A DNA stretch of 64,000 nucleotides, taken from the IMG/VR virus record IMGVR_UViG_3300032047_000003, positions 32,001 to 96,000 of that record; one strand, given 5' to 3'. Shown one piece after another: positions 19,211 through 29,900 of the stretch; positions within the stretch are counted from its first letter, which is position 1; each line of letters opens with the position of its first letter. The notes under the pieces are model-generated. The model saw nothing but the letters and a program-made list of their open reading frames with translations, did no database searches and was not told where the DNA came from. Made by a program: the position numbers and the translations under genes. The stretch comes from a virus.

Positions 19211-21147
19211 TATGTAATCCTTGGCAAAGAATCGATATCAACTGCATCGATTTCTAACTTTAAATGCTTGTCGTTTTCACAATAAACAAAAAGCTTTTCT
19301 TTTAAATTGAAAAATAATTCTATTTTTTCATAATTCGAATTATCGCAAGCCGCAATGTAATCTAAAACGGTTTTCTTTTCTCCATCTATGTAGTATTCCA
19401 AATTAATCTTTGAATTAACAGCAAGATCTCTTTCTGCTTCTTTTGACACAAATAACTTGTCTTTATTTTTGCTCTTCTCTACTTGTAACAAACAATGCCG
19501 CTCATTAATTTTCAAATTGATCTTGTCGGTTGCCTTACCGTTCGCATAAAAAGTATACGTATTGCTTTCTTTTTTGGAAACCAAATGAAAAGGCATTATA
19601 ACCTCTACATCTGTTCTATCCCTTGTGACTAATTCTTCAAGCAACGGAGAGTAAGAAAAAGTATCATGAAACTGATCGTATACCATATAAGAATTAGCTA
19701 AAGACAAGCAAAGAGCTTTGTCTTTATTAAAGAAGATCCCATCAAATTTTTCTGAATTCTCAAAAGAATAACTTTTTTTAGGTTTCATATACTCGCAAAA
19801 AACAGTTGTTGCTATTACTTGAACTGGAAACTCTTCGTACTCTGCTTCTAAGTAAAACTCCCACTCTCCGTATTCATCAAAATAATTTTCAAAATCAAAA
19901 GAATAGGTGTCTGAATTTTTCCAAATATCTGTATTTAAAGATTGAGTTGTTTTAGAACTCGTCCAGGAGCCTTGGTCGTACCACTCAGTAACTCCTGAAG
20001 GTGATATTCTTTTAATTGAAAAACTTTTCACTTTTGCTCTTCTGTTTAAAAAAATCGCTCCAATGTCGTGTTCTTCTAAATATCCGCACCGATTAATCTC
20101 CCTGTAAAAGGACAGAAAAGAATTTCTATTATATGGCTCTGAAGGCCCTTTCATGTCGTGTAAATCGATTTCGTATACATGGATATTATTTTCGTCAGAC
20201 AAACAGTACAAATCGTAGTTCTGCTTATTGATTGCAAAATCAATAATTTTAATCTCTTTCAAATTCTCATCTAAAAAAAGACAATCTACGATATGTTCAG
20301 TCTTTTCAGAAGAACTCAATGTCTTGTCAAAAATATCTATTAGCTGTATTGCCTTTTCAAATTTTAAAAAACAGTATCCAGAATCTTCTTCTAAACTTAA
20401 TTTTAAATTTGTCAAATCTATCCCAGAGCTTGTAAATTTATCAAGAACAACTTCTTTCTTATAATTAGGGCTCTTTCTGCTCGTTAAATAGATCTTTATG
20501 TCTCCTTCAAAACCATCAAAATCAATTTCTTCTAATCTTTTAAATCTCAAAGACGTAACAACTGGCTCTCTATTAAAAACAACTAAACTTTCTTCAATCT
20601 TATTAAAAAACTTATCCCTTCCTTTAATTACAAGCCCATACTCATTGTGGTGGCTAAGTCTTTTGATTACTGATTCTTCATCTTGAAACTGAGATACAAA
20701 GCTGCTTATTCCTGAAAAATCAACCATTAAATTTTCGTCTTCATAAATGTCATTATAAAAATCGCTAGAGCTTTCCCAAATTAACCAATCGTTTACTTTG
20801 ATTTCTTTTTTCAAAATCCAAGCTTCTGGATTTCTATTTAAAAAATCTTTAAAAGAAGGAATGTATTTTAACCTTTTTGAATCTTTGAAAACTGCAGGCT
20901 CTAAAAAATATCCGAATTCATTTGAACTAAAATCTTTATAAGATAAGTTTATTTTATTCAAAAAACTTACCTGCTTAACTGGATTGGAAAACTTTTTATA
21001 ATTTCTAAATACTCTGTTTTCGTAATAGCTGTTTTCTAAAAAACCAGCTACACTATTATAGAGTTTAAATCCGTTTGACCCTTCTTCGTAATTAAACTTA
21101 AAGCTTTCCGGAAAATAAGAAACCATAAGATTGGTATAAAGACTCAT
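19210..21147 (-). CDS. Putative baseplate wedge protein
   Basis: 645 aa, TAATG-coupled to the baseplate J-like gene; function by synteny only. Confidence 0.5.
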   Translation of the reverse strand: MSLYTNLMVSYFPESFKFNYEEGSNGFKLYNSVAGFLENSYYENRVFRNYKKFSNPVKQVSFLNKINLSYKDFSSNEFGYFLEPAVFKDSKRLKYIPSFKDFLNRNPEAWILKKEIKVNDWLIWESSSDFYNDIYEDENLMVDFSGISSFVSQFQDEESVIKRLSHHNEYGLVIKGRDKFFNKIEESLVVFNREPVVTSLRFKRLEEIDFDGFEGDIKIYLTSRKSPNYKKEVVLDKFTSSGIDLTNLKLSLEEDSGYCFLKFEKAIQLIDIFDKTLSSSEKTEHIVDCLFLDENLKEIKIIDFAINKQNYDLYCLSDENNIHVYEIDLHDMKGPSEPYNRNSFLSFYREINRCGYLEEHDIGAIFLNRRAKVKSFSIKRISPSGVTEWYDQGSWTSSKTTQSLNTDIWKNSDTYSFDFENYFDEYGEWEFYLEAEYEEFPVQVIATTVFCEYMKPKKSYSFENSEKFDGIFFNKDKALCLSLANSYMVYDQFHDTFSYSPLLEELVTRDRTDVEVIMPFHLVSKKESNTYTFYANGKATDKINLKINERHCLLQVEKSKNKDKLFVSKEAERDLAVNSKINLEYYIDGEKKTVLDYIAACDNSNYEKIELFFNLKEKLFVYCENDKHLKLEIDAVDIDSLPRIT

Positions 21148-22376
21148 TATATTCTCTCAACTTTTATATTTAAATCCCCTAAAGTGAAAAATTCATTCGG
21201 TTCCAACTCATAAACAAATTGAATCAATTTTAATCTTTCGCTTGTAGAAAGGTGAGCTCCGCCATACCCTTTTCTTACATAAGCGGCTTCAATCATTTTA
21301 GACCTGTTAGTCCGATTTGAAATTCCAGAAAGTCTTGTAACTTTCTCTGAAACTTCATTGATCAGCGATATCAAGCTTATATTATTTTCTTCAATTTGAG
21401 ATATTATAAAATTTGAAGCAGCGCTATACACTTCATTTTTTATGTCTATTTCTTCTTCTAGCCCTACAGAGCTACTTACCCAAATAGTAATATCTAAATC
21501 CAAATAAACCCTTACTCCAGGCATGGCTACAATATTAGAGTAAACGCCAAGAGAACTGTTCAATTGATTTTGATACCTATTTACAGTAGATTGATTTATC
21601 TCCTTATTGCCTCCAAAAAGAAAAATTGCAGACTTTCCATAACCAAACCAATTCTTTACAAACCTTTGCGCAAATATTCCCGGTATTTCAAGAGCTTTAA
21701 CTCTCACTGAATTCTCAGTAATTGCAAAATCCGAACTATATTTATTATATATTCTATAACGATAATTTTCGTCTCCCTCAAGATCTCTTCCATTAGTTAT
21801 AGGAATTCTATTCGAACAATACAAGCTATTAGGAGTGCCGCTGTACTTGTTACAAGCATGCTCGGTCAACACGCTAGAGCTTACATTTGAGGCTTCTCCT
21901 GTAGATATTGCTTCAATCCCAACGTACATAAAAGAGGAATTTGCATTCAATATGGCTTTTTCTTTTGTTCTGTACTTTAGTAAATTTCCATTAGCGCCCG
22001 CTGCTCTTATTTCTGTTCCTTGATTTACAACAATATCGTTTCCAGAATTAATATCACCAAAACTCTGGCCTACTGTATAAAAGTAAAAATTATAATCAGA
22101 AGAATCTGTTTCCGCTCGGGTGATTCCTAAACGATCCATCCCATAAGTTCTTCCTATTTCGTCAAGATCTGAACCTTTTGCGCTTGATATACTAATAGAG
22201 TCTAGTACTGCTAAAGTCTGATTATTTACTCTAGCGAGCTCAGCTCCTATAGGCTCAATAATACTTCTTATTACTGAATCGGAATTCCAATTATTAATAC
22301 CAGTTTTGCTCTGAATGCTTTCTTTCATTTTATTATAAATATTCGAATAGCTATTTAAATTAAATTTTGTTGCCAT
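21147..22376 (-). CDS. Baseplate J-like wedge protein (T4 gp6/P2 gpJ/Mu gp47 family)
   Basis: AKGSDLDEIGRTYGMDR, VGIEAISTGEASNV and ITNGRDLEGDENYRYRI are characteristic Baseplate_J motifs. Confidence 0.88.
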   Translation of the reverse strand: MATKFNLNSYSNIYNKMKESIQSKTGINNWNSDSVIRSIIEPIGAELARVNNQTLAVLDSISISSAKGSDLDEIGRTYGMDRLGITRAETDSSDYNFYFYTVGQSFGDINSGNDIVVNQGTEIRAAGANGNLLKYRTKEKAILNANSSFMYVGIEAISTGEASNVSSSVLTEHACNKYSGTPNSLYCSNRIPITNGRDLEGDENYRYRIYNKYSSDFAITENSVRVKALEIPGIFAQRFVKNWFGYGKSAIFLFGGNKEINQSTVNRYQNQLNSSLGVYSNIVAMPGVRVYLDLDITIWVSSSVGLEEEIDIKNEVYSAASNFIISQIEENNISLISLINEVSEKVTRLSGISNRTNRSKMIEAAYVRKGYGGAHLSTSERLKLIQFVYELEPNEFFTLGDLNIKVERI

Positions 22377-22378
22377 TT

Positions 22379-22984
22379 TTAACTCCTGGGTAAATATTCT
22401 GCATAATCTATATTAGAAACACTAAGCAAATTAGAAGAAGTATTATAATTCATAGTGATTATAATTACTCTGTCTTTTATTTTAGCTTTAAAAAACATCC
22501 TTTCCTTAGGATCTGTAAATCCACTCAAAAGCCAATTTAAACTCGCTTTTGCAATTACCGAAACATTGACTGTGCTTTCAGTATACCTTGTAACTATAAC
22601 ACGAACATCCAAACCGTTAAGCGCGTCATCTGAAAATAATGCACTTTCTACGCTTGTTTTTATTGCATCCATTGCAGAATTACTCAATTCTGCACCATGG
22701 AATTCTACCAGATTTGAAGCCGGTCTAAAAAAAGATGCAGCTGCTTCTCTGCTTAAGGTCAAAAGTCCTTCTTTTAAATTTTCGGTAATGCTGTTTCCCC
22801 ATTCTACTTCCGATAAAGTCAATCTGTCAAAAATGCACTTTGCGACTATATCCATTGGATCTACTGTATGTGAAATATCAATATGGCCCAAGATTGGAGT
22901 TTGATTATAACCTGAATCTTGTGAAAAAATTAAATCTCCATCAGCACCCATTTTTAAATCTCTAGTGTTCCCTTCAAGTCTCAT
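22379..22984 (-). CDS. Baseplate sheath initiator (gp25/GPW-like)
   Basis: DLKMGADGDL N-terminus and IKTSVESALFSDD...VRVIV pattern; immediately upstream of baseplate J-like gene. Confidence 0.65.
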   Translation of the reverse strand: MRLEGNTRDLKMGADGDLIFSQDSGYNQTPILGHIDISHTVDPMDIVAKCIFDRLTLSEVEWGNSITENLKEGLLTLSREAAASFFRPASNLVEFHGAELSNSAMDAIKTSVESALFSDDALNGLDVRVIVTRYTESTVNVSVIAKASLNWLLSGFTDPKERMFFKAKIKDRVIIITMNYNTSSNLLSVSNIDYAEYLPRS

Positions 22985-23334
22985 TTTAAATTACTCCTCA
23001 AGATATAAGCAACTCCAGCAACAGAAATTGCAACTTTTGCAATACCGGTCATATCTGGTATTGCGCCTGGTGCTCCTGGAAACATTTTTGCTAAAACATT
23101 TGTTTCTTTTATTAAGCCCAAAAAGCTTTTATCTGGTCCGGCATAGCTTTTTTTTAATCCAGGTTTTAGAACTTCTGAAGACCCTCCTTCTGTTGGAATT
23201 CCAGAAGCAGGAGATATAAAAGATTTACTTCCCGCGCTTCCATTTCCAAAAGTTATGCTGGAATTGCCTTCAGGCGTAAAATTATAATTTAAAAAACTGT
23301 TGCCTCTACGACCTTGTGTAAAAGAATTTCTCAT
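22981..23334 (-). CDS. Hypothetical protein, possible spike-associated
   Basis: 117 aa G/P-rich ORF with hydrophobic C-terminus between hub and gp25-like genes; coupled overlap. Confidence 0.45.
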   Translation of the reverse strand: MRNSFTQGRRGNSFLNYNFTPEGNSSITFGNGSAGSKSFISPASGIPTEGGSSEVLKPGLKKSYAGPDKSFLGLIKETNVLAKMFPGAPGAIPDMTGIAKVAISVAGVAYILRSNLK

Positions 23335-23347
23335 ATTTACCTCTTAA

Positions 23348-23914
23348 TTAAGAATATAGCTTGCCCATTAAAAAACTATTAGCACCGTCAATTATACCAG
23401 AAAAACCTCCCGAAAAAAAGCCCATACTTTCTTCCAGTGGGTTTTCTTCCGTTTTGTATATTTGCGAATTCACATTCACTTGAGGTTCTTCGACTTCAAT
23501 TTTATTTCTTGCCACTCTTTCCCCTTTGACATCTCCAATATCCAGAACCCCCCTAAGGCCTTCTTTGATATCTTTGGGCAAAAAATCACCTCTATATTTA
23601 CAAGTTAAATTTAACCCAAGGTAGTTTTCTTCGCAATAGCCTATTTTTTCATAAGCTTCTTCTTTGGTAATATTTGGAGTTACCATTTCTATTCTTTTTT
23701 CATCTTCAAAAAAAACTCTAAACTTTAAAAAATCCCTCGCTTTGTCATGAGAACTTCCTAAAAACCCCTCGTCTGGCGAAGAAACCCCAATCACTTTTCC
23801 TCTGTAAGTTTTAACCTCTTCCCTATTCCTTCGACTTAAATCTTCTTTGCTGATTTGATTTACTTGTAGAGCGTGTCTACTGGTAGAAATTGGACTTATC
23901 ATTTTATAACTCAT
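23348..23914 (-). CDS. Hypothetical protein, possible central-spike OB-fold subunit
   Basis: 188 aa directly after hub gene; YRGKVIGV...KFRVFF resembles the start of gp5/gpV OB folds. Weak. Confidence 0.4.
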   Translation of the reverse strand: MSYKMISPISTSRHALQVNQISKEDLSRRNREEVKTYRGKVIGVSSPDEGFLGSSHDKARDFLKFRVFFEDEKRIEMVTPNITKEEAYEKIGYCEENYLGLNLTCKYRGDFLPKDIKEGLRGVLDIGDVKGERVARNKIEVEEPQVNVNSQIYKTEENPLEESMGFFSGGFSGIIDGANSFLMGKLYS

Positions 23915-23915
23915 A

Positions 23916-26900
23916 TTAATTACCTTTTATATATTGCAACAACTGTCCCGAATCTTTTAGATATTTCAATCCAGGATCGTTTGCTCTTTCTGGGTTTCTG
24001 GAAACTATATGTTTATAAAACTCAGTACCCATTGCTTCGTTTTCGTCAATCGTATCAAAAACGCCTCTAAATGCATCATCTATTCCTGACACAATATCTC
24101 CTAAAATATTTTGCCATACTGAAGTTGGAGACCTAGTACTTACCCCCGCAAATAAAGGCTTCCCTTCTTTTACAATGGGAACAATAGTAACTGCTTCACT
24201 TTCCAACAATTTAGAAAAAATTATTGGAGCTGCAATAAGGTAACTGGAGCTAAACCTATCTAAAACTTGACTCGAGTTGTAATAATACTGATTGTCAACA
24301 CCTGCCATATACACTCCTCCTGAACCCCCAACCCCAGCTGCTTTTAAAAGCCCACCCGCATTAAGTTTCCACTTCCCCAGAAGCAGCAAAGATAAACCCG
24401 CACCTGTAAGGCCTATAGCCTTAGTCGCGAATTGACCAGCTGTACCTGTCGTAGGATTCAATGCATCGGCTGCAAAAAAAGCAGAAACTCCAAGGTCAAA
24501 TAAACTTTCAACTGTAGAAACAGCTTGATCTTGAAAATCGCTAAAATCTGAATTCAAAGAAGGGTTCTGGTTTCCTAAATCCTTAAAAAGCTTTTCGAGA
24601 TTAACAGTTGCTTTAACATTATTTTCCGTATTAGTTGTCTCTCCAAAAATATTTTTATCTATATCGACAACTTCTTTATACTCAATAATTCCATTTCGCA
24701 CTAAATCGCTATAGCGTTCTATCATCGAACTAGAAGCTTCATAAGACAAATTAAAACCATCTATATTCAAAGATACGTCTGGTGATTCTGGAATTATTCC
24801 TAATCTTTGCCCAAGAGTACCATACCCTATCTCTCCCAATTCTCGCGAAGTACTTTCATTCATTCTTTTTATTGCAGTGTCTAACTCTTCTTTATCCTTA
24901 CTGGTTGTAAGAATTGCTGGCAGGTTTTTATCTCCACCATATTGCTCATTTACTGAGCTCGCATCTGAACTAGAGCCTCTGTCTATAACACTTCTTTCCC
25001 TTGCTATGGCTCCTCCTACATATACTTTTAAAGCTTCTAGTACTGGCCAACTTGAAGATTCATTTCCAACAACAATCGCGTTCGGAACTATTTCCGTTAT
25101 ATATCCTGTTTCAAAAGAAAATATATGGGTTACTGATTTTACTTCAACTGGCCCGGACATTTTACTTTGATCGTCAAATAAAAAACAAACATCCCATGGT
25201 TTTACAGAAGGGTCTCCTAATATGGATATCTCTCCAGAATACATTTCTTTAACTCCATATATTAAACTTCCAATACCGTATCTTGTAGCCATGGCTCTAT
25301 CTCTTATATCGTATTTGTCTACGTTTTGACTAATTAAATTGCTGTCAGGTATATTGGAACTTGCTTTCATAAAGACACTTTTTTTATTGTTCGCATCATG
25401 CATATCTTTGTAATATACGTTCACGGAATTAACTGCATTCCTTTGAGAAACTGTGAAGTTGTTTCTAATCAAATTTTCCCTAGATCTAATTAGGTGATAA
25501 TTTCTAAACGGAACAAAACGATTTTCTAACCCTGTTAAATACTCTTTTAAAAGTCTTCCTCTTAGTTCAATTGTATTTCTGTTTAATTCTAGATCGTCCT
25601 TACTAATCGTCTGACCCTCAACATACCTTTCATCGACATTATTTTCGTCAGCAAGAAAATTTTCGATTTTAGAACCAAAAGTAGAAAACCTGTGATCCGC
25701 TCTATTATTTATAAACTCAATTAGTTTTTTTCTATCATTAATGTCAGAAAACGTTTCGTCTGCACGAATATCCGTTTCTATCGATCTTGCTTTATCTTTA
25801 AGCTTCAGGCGAGCTTCCCCTTTAGCAGCCATTCGCTCAAACTTTCTTTTTAGCTCTCTTTGACTCATCCCAGAATAACGTTTTGGTTTCTTCAACATCT
25901 CCTCCATCAAAAATAGTAAATTACTTCCGGTCTCATCCCAGGAATTGGTTTCATAATAATTCTGTCTATCCTTAAGGTCTGCTTCAGTCACTATTGCGTC
26001 TGGATTGTAAACTCCAATTGCTATATTCCAAGTATCTGTAAATTTCCTTTTTGACATAGCGGCATGATACTCGGCTCTGTTGTACGTAGTTTTTACTTGA
26101 TTTGCAACAGCAAGTAAATTTCTTGCTTTTCCCTTGAATTTAGACATAAGATTTTTTCGAGCTTTTTTCTTAAATTCCTCGTATTCTGCATCAGATATCT
26201 TTTTGGTTTTGTAATCTTCGTTGTACCCTTGCTTGAAAAATCGTTTCAAATCATCTTCATCATCAACATTTGCTGTTAGCAGCTCTCTTACTGAATTCAT
26301 TCTTTGAATAAAACCAGGAGTGGCCGGCTTGCTCCAGTATCTTTGAGATGGGATTCCAAAAAACATAGTATACCTAAACTCCTTTCCATAAGGAACTGCG
26401 CTGTAAATCCAACCAGGATGCCTTAGCGTCATTTCGTGAAAAACATCCCATATAGTGCTATTCTGAAGTTTATACCTACAAGCGTCAGGATGAACTCTTT
26501 TTAAATACAAAAGTGGGTTTACGTTTTGCCAGTCCTTTAAAAACTCCATTGCGCTTTTACCTTCAGCTCCAGAAAAATCCGAAAAAGCCATTTGGAACAA
26601 CATTCCTACTTTTTCGCTAACAGTCTTTTCTATATGCGTAAGATTGTGCATGTAGTAAATTGGACTAGGAGGATACAAGTTGTCATCTGAAGGATTTAAT
26701 TTAAAATAAACCAGTTCTTTGGTAAACCAATTTTGATAAAGCCTTCGATATTCTTTATGAGTATCTGTAAAACTCTTTCCAAAAATACCCCCTCCAATAT
26801 AATCTACTGCAAAAAAGAAAAGAGAAGTTTTAAAAAATATTGCCGTAGAGTTAAAAGTTGCACTTAGAGCAGTTGTTCCTAAAAATAACGGCGTACTTCC

Positions 26901-29900
26901 CCCGGCTCCTCTGAAGCCTTGCAAATAAACACTTCTTGCAAATGAAGGTTGAGAAACAGCAGCTATCATAAACCTTTCACTCGCTTTAAAAAGGTCAAAA
27001 ACTCTTTTAGTCAATTGGGGATTAGCAAGAACATCATCTGCACCTGAGACTGCGGTTCTTCCTATAATGGCAAAAATTTCATCTATTTCTTTCGTAAGCG
27101 TTTTAAACACAGCATAGCTGCTTCCTCTCGGCACAGCCTTTAAAGCAGTCTCTACACTTAGTAAAGATTTTCTCAGTGCTGTTTGCGTTAAAGATGTCGT
27201 CGCTGCTGAAAGTACCTTTACTTCAGCTGCCACTGTCTTTACAACGCTACTAGCCGCTCTCACCAAATCGTCTCCTATCCCAATAAAAAGATGCTTAAAA
27301 GCTCCTAAAGCAGCATCTCCACCTTGCGCAAGCCCTCTGCGCAGAGCAGTATATCCGCTAACAGTGCTGAAACCTCCTCTCATCAATGAACCAACCCTGT
27401 TAAGCCCCACTCTAGAAGCTAATCTTCCTAAGCTTCCTGACACGAAAGGAAAGAATCTGGGATTCATTAAACTCGCAACTGCTGTCCTTATATAACTAAA
27501 TGGAAGTCTCCATGCGGTTCTTGGCGCTAACTTAGACCCTCCTTCCACTGCTTTTACCGTAAACCCTCTTAAGCCAAATCCCGGAAGACCTACTTTTCCC
27601 AAACCAAGTCTTTTTGTAAAAAGAAAACTGATTCCAATACCCACTGAAGCAATAGCGGTTTCAAGCCCCCAATCAGACAAAAATCCTGCCCACTGTTTAT
27701 AGCCTTGAAGAGCAGACGGATCGCTATTGTCCTTATACCTAAAGAAATCCAATCTAGCATCTTGAGCTTCGCCGTATTGAAAAATCCTACCAGTCTCCCA
27801 TCTTCCAAAATGTTTTAATTCTGGAGAAAGCATTAAGCTGCCTAAAACTTGATGAGTAGCAAAATACTCTTTATTTTTTGAGTCTTCTTCGATACCTTTT
27901 AAGTGTTGAACTAGTTCAGTCCCAAAACTTTGAACAACTATTTCGCAAGTATCTCCTGCTCCGCCCCAACTAATATCTGTCACTCTCCCTGAAATTAAAA
28001 CCTCTAAGTTATCTGGATTGTTAGAATATCCAGCTCTAAGCTGGATATTCATTCCAGGCCTTAAAACAACTGCACTGAAAGGTTGGTCTGTATCTGACTC
28101 TAAATTAGAGTTATCAGCAGAATAAGAAACCAAAGTATTCCTGTCTTTTTTTTCAGAAGACTTATTCTCTCTTTTTATTCTTTCTACTCTTTTTTTCGAA
28201 AAATAATCAACATCAATCGTAGCTCCTTTTCTTGTTCCATCTAAAGTGCCTGCAATATTTTGCAATGAAATGATTGCTGAGTCTGCAGCATTCTCCCTGG
28301 ATCTTGAAACTGAAAAAGATCTAACCCCGTTAAAAGAATAAAAGTCATCCATGTTTATAAATCTACTTTCAAATTCGTCCTCTTCTATAAAGAATAATTT
28401 AAAAGTAGGATAAGCTCGAGAAAGTTTTTTCTTTTCCGTAAAAAGCCTCGCAGAGGAAGCCTTAGCTAAACTATTTAAACCTTCAAGTGAAAAAGTTTGA
28501 TTATAATTTGTTTGAGCCCCAAGGCCTCTCAGCTTAACGTCATTGAGTAAGGTTTCTACAGCCTTGCTGTTTTCGCTTTTTTCTTCGATCAAATCGCCTA
28601 CATATCCCGCTCCATTTCCAAACATATTCTCTATTTGCATTACTTCGTCTGATAGCATCGCTACAGAATTGACTTCTTCAAGCAAGTTTCCATTTTCATG
28701 AACATACAAAGCACTTGAATCATAACTGTTGTTTTTCACAATTGCCTTTAGGGGCTCGACTCCTGTGATTTCATGAACACGGTTGAAACCACTAATTGCA
28801 TCTGAAGGGCTTTGAACCCCTTGCTGCCCGTCCATTATATAGGAAGTGTCTATTCCTACTGCCCACCCTCCTACAGTAGCTGCACTGTCATAAAGCATCC
28901 CACCGAAACCAGAAGCTCCATCAGTTATTTTTGCTGACCACGGCTTAGTTATGGAACGGTTGCCATCAGCATCTATGAATCTTAAATACCTGTAGAGGGA
29001 AGTTCTCTGAGCAACTACTTGCTCTCTTGTCTCGGCTACATAGCTATTATCGTAACTAGAGCCATCTCCATTTTGGTCAAATTTAAAAACAAAGCTATCT
29101 TTTCCTTCTGATTCTTGAATCAAAGTAACGATTTCTTTTTTCAACGAATCGGTCAAATCATTTCTTTTTGCCTGCCCTGTAAAAAACGGACTGTTCGCTT
29201 CTCCCAAGTTTTTATACAAAACGTAATGCCCGTTACTATCGTAATAAGTATCGTAAGGGTAAAGAACGTTGTCGGTACCTTCATTGTTAGTGCTAAGACC
29301 TGAAGTGTTGTCGTTTGTAACATCTGTCGCATCTGAATCCGCAACCCTAATAGCAGTAATACTTTTGGACTCCATCTTTTTTAAATGTTTGTATGCTCCC
29401 TCTAAATAAACCTTTGAATTCCTTTCGATTTCATCTAGAAACTCTTTAGTTATTTTTGCTCCTCCATCATTATAAATATCCCACATGTAAAAAGCGGCTC
29501 CAGTCTCAAAATTACTTTGAGTGTAAAAAGGATGATTGGGCAAACCTAAATCAGGATAACACTCTATGCCGCTATATCTTTCAGAAGGAGGCACATAGTT
29601 ATAAGACTCATTTAAAAAGTCGATTCCCAACGCATAACAAACTTCTCTGTTTTTTTTCACTTCTTCTACAAAGCTTTTCAATTCATTTCTAAAAGCTTCA
29701 AGTTTTTTTAGTTCGTCGTCAGCATTTATATAGTTTGACAAATTGATTTCTTTTAAAACCTCAAGATCTGTTCTAATATCTCTAAATCGAAAGTTATTTG
29801 AAAGAGCAGCGCCTTTAGCATAACGACTCTCGTTTGCTGTTTCGCTAAGATATTTTACATCAGTTCCCAACATGCTTTCAATTTTAAGGTTACCCTTATC

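Noticed and set aside
27590-29344. Short same-strand alternative-frame ORFs inside the hub gene (27590-27808, 29153-29344)
   Set aside because: Length expected by chance within a 12 kb gene; no convincing SD or compositional signal.
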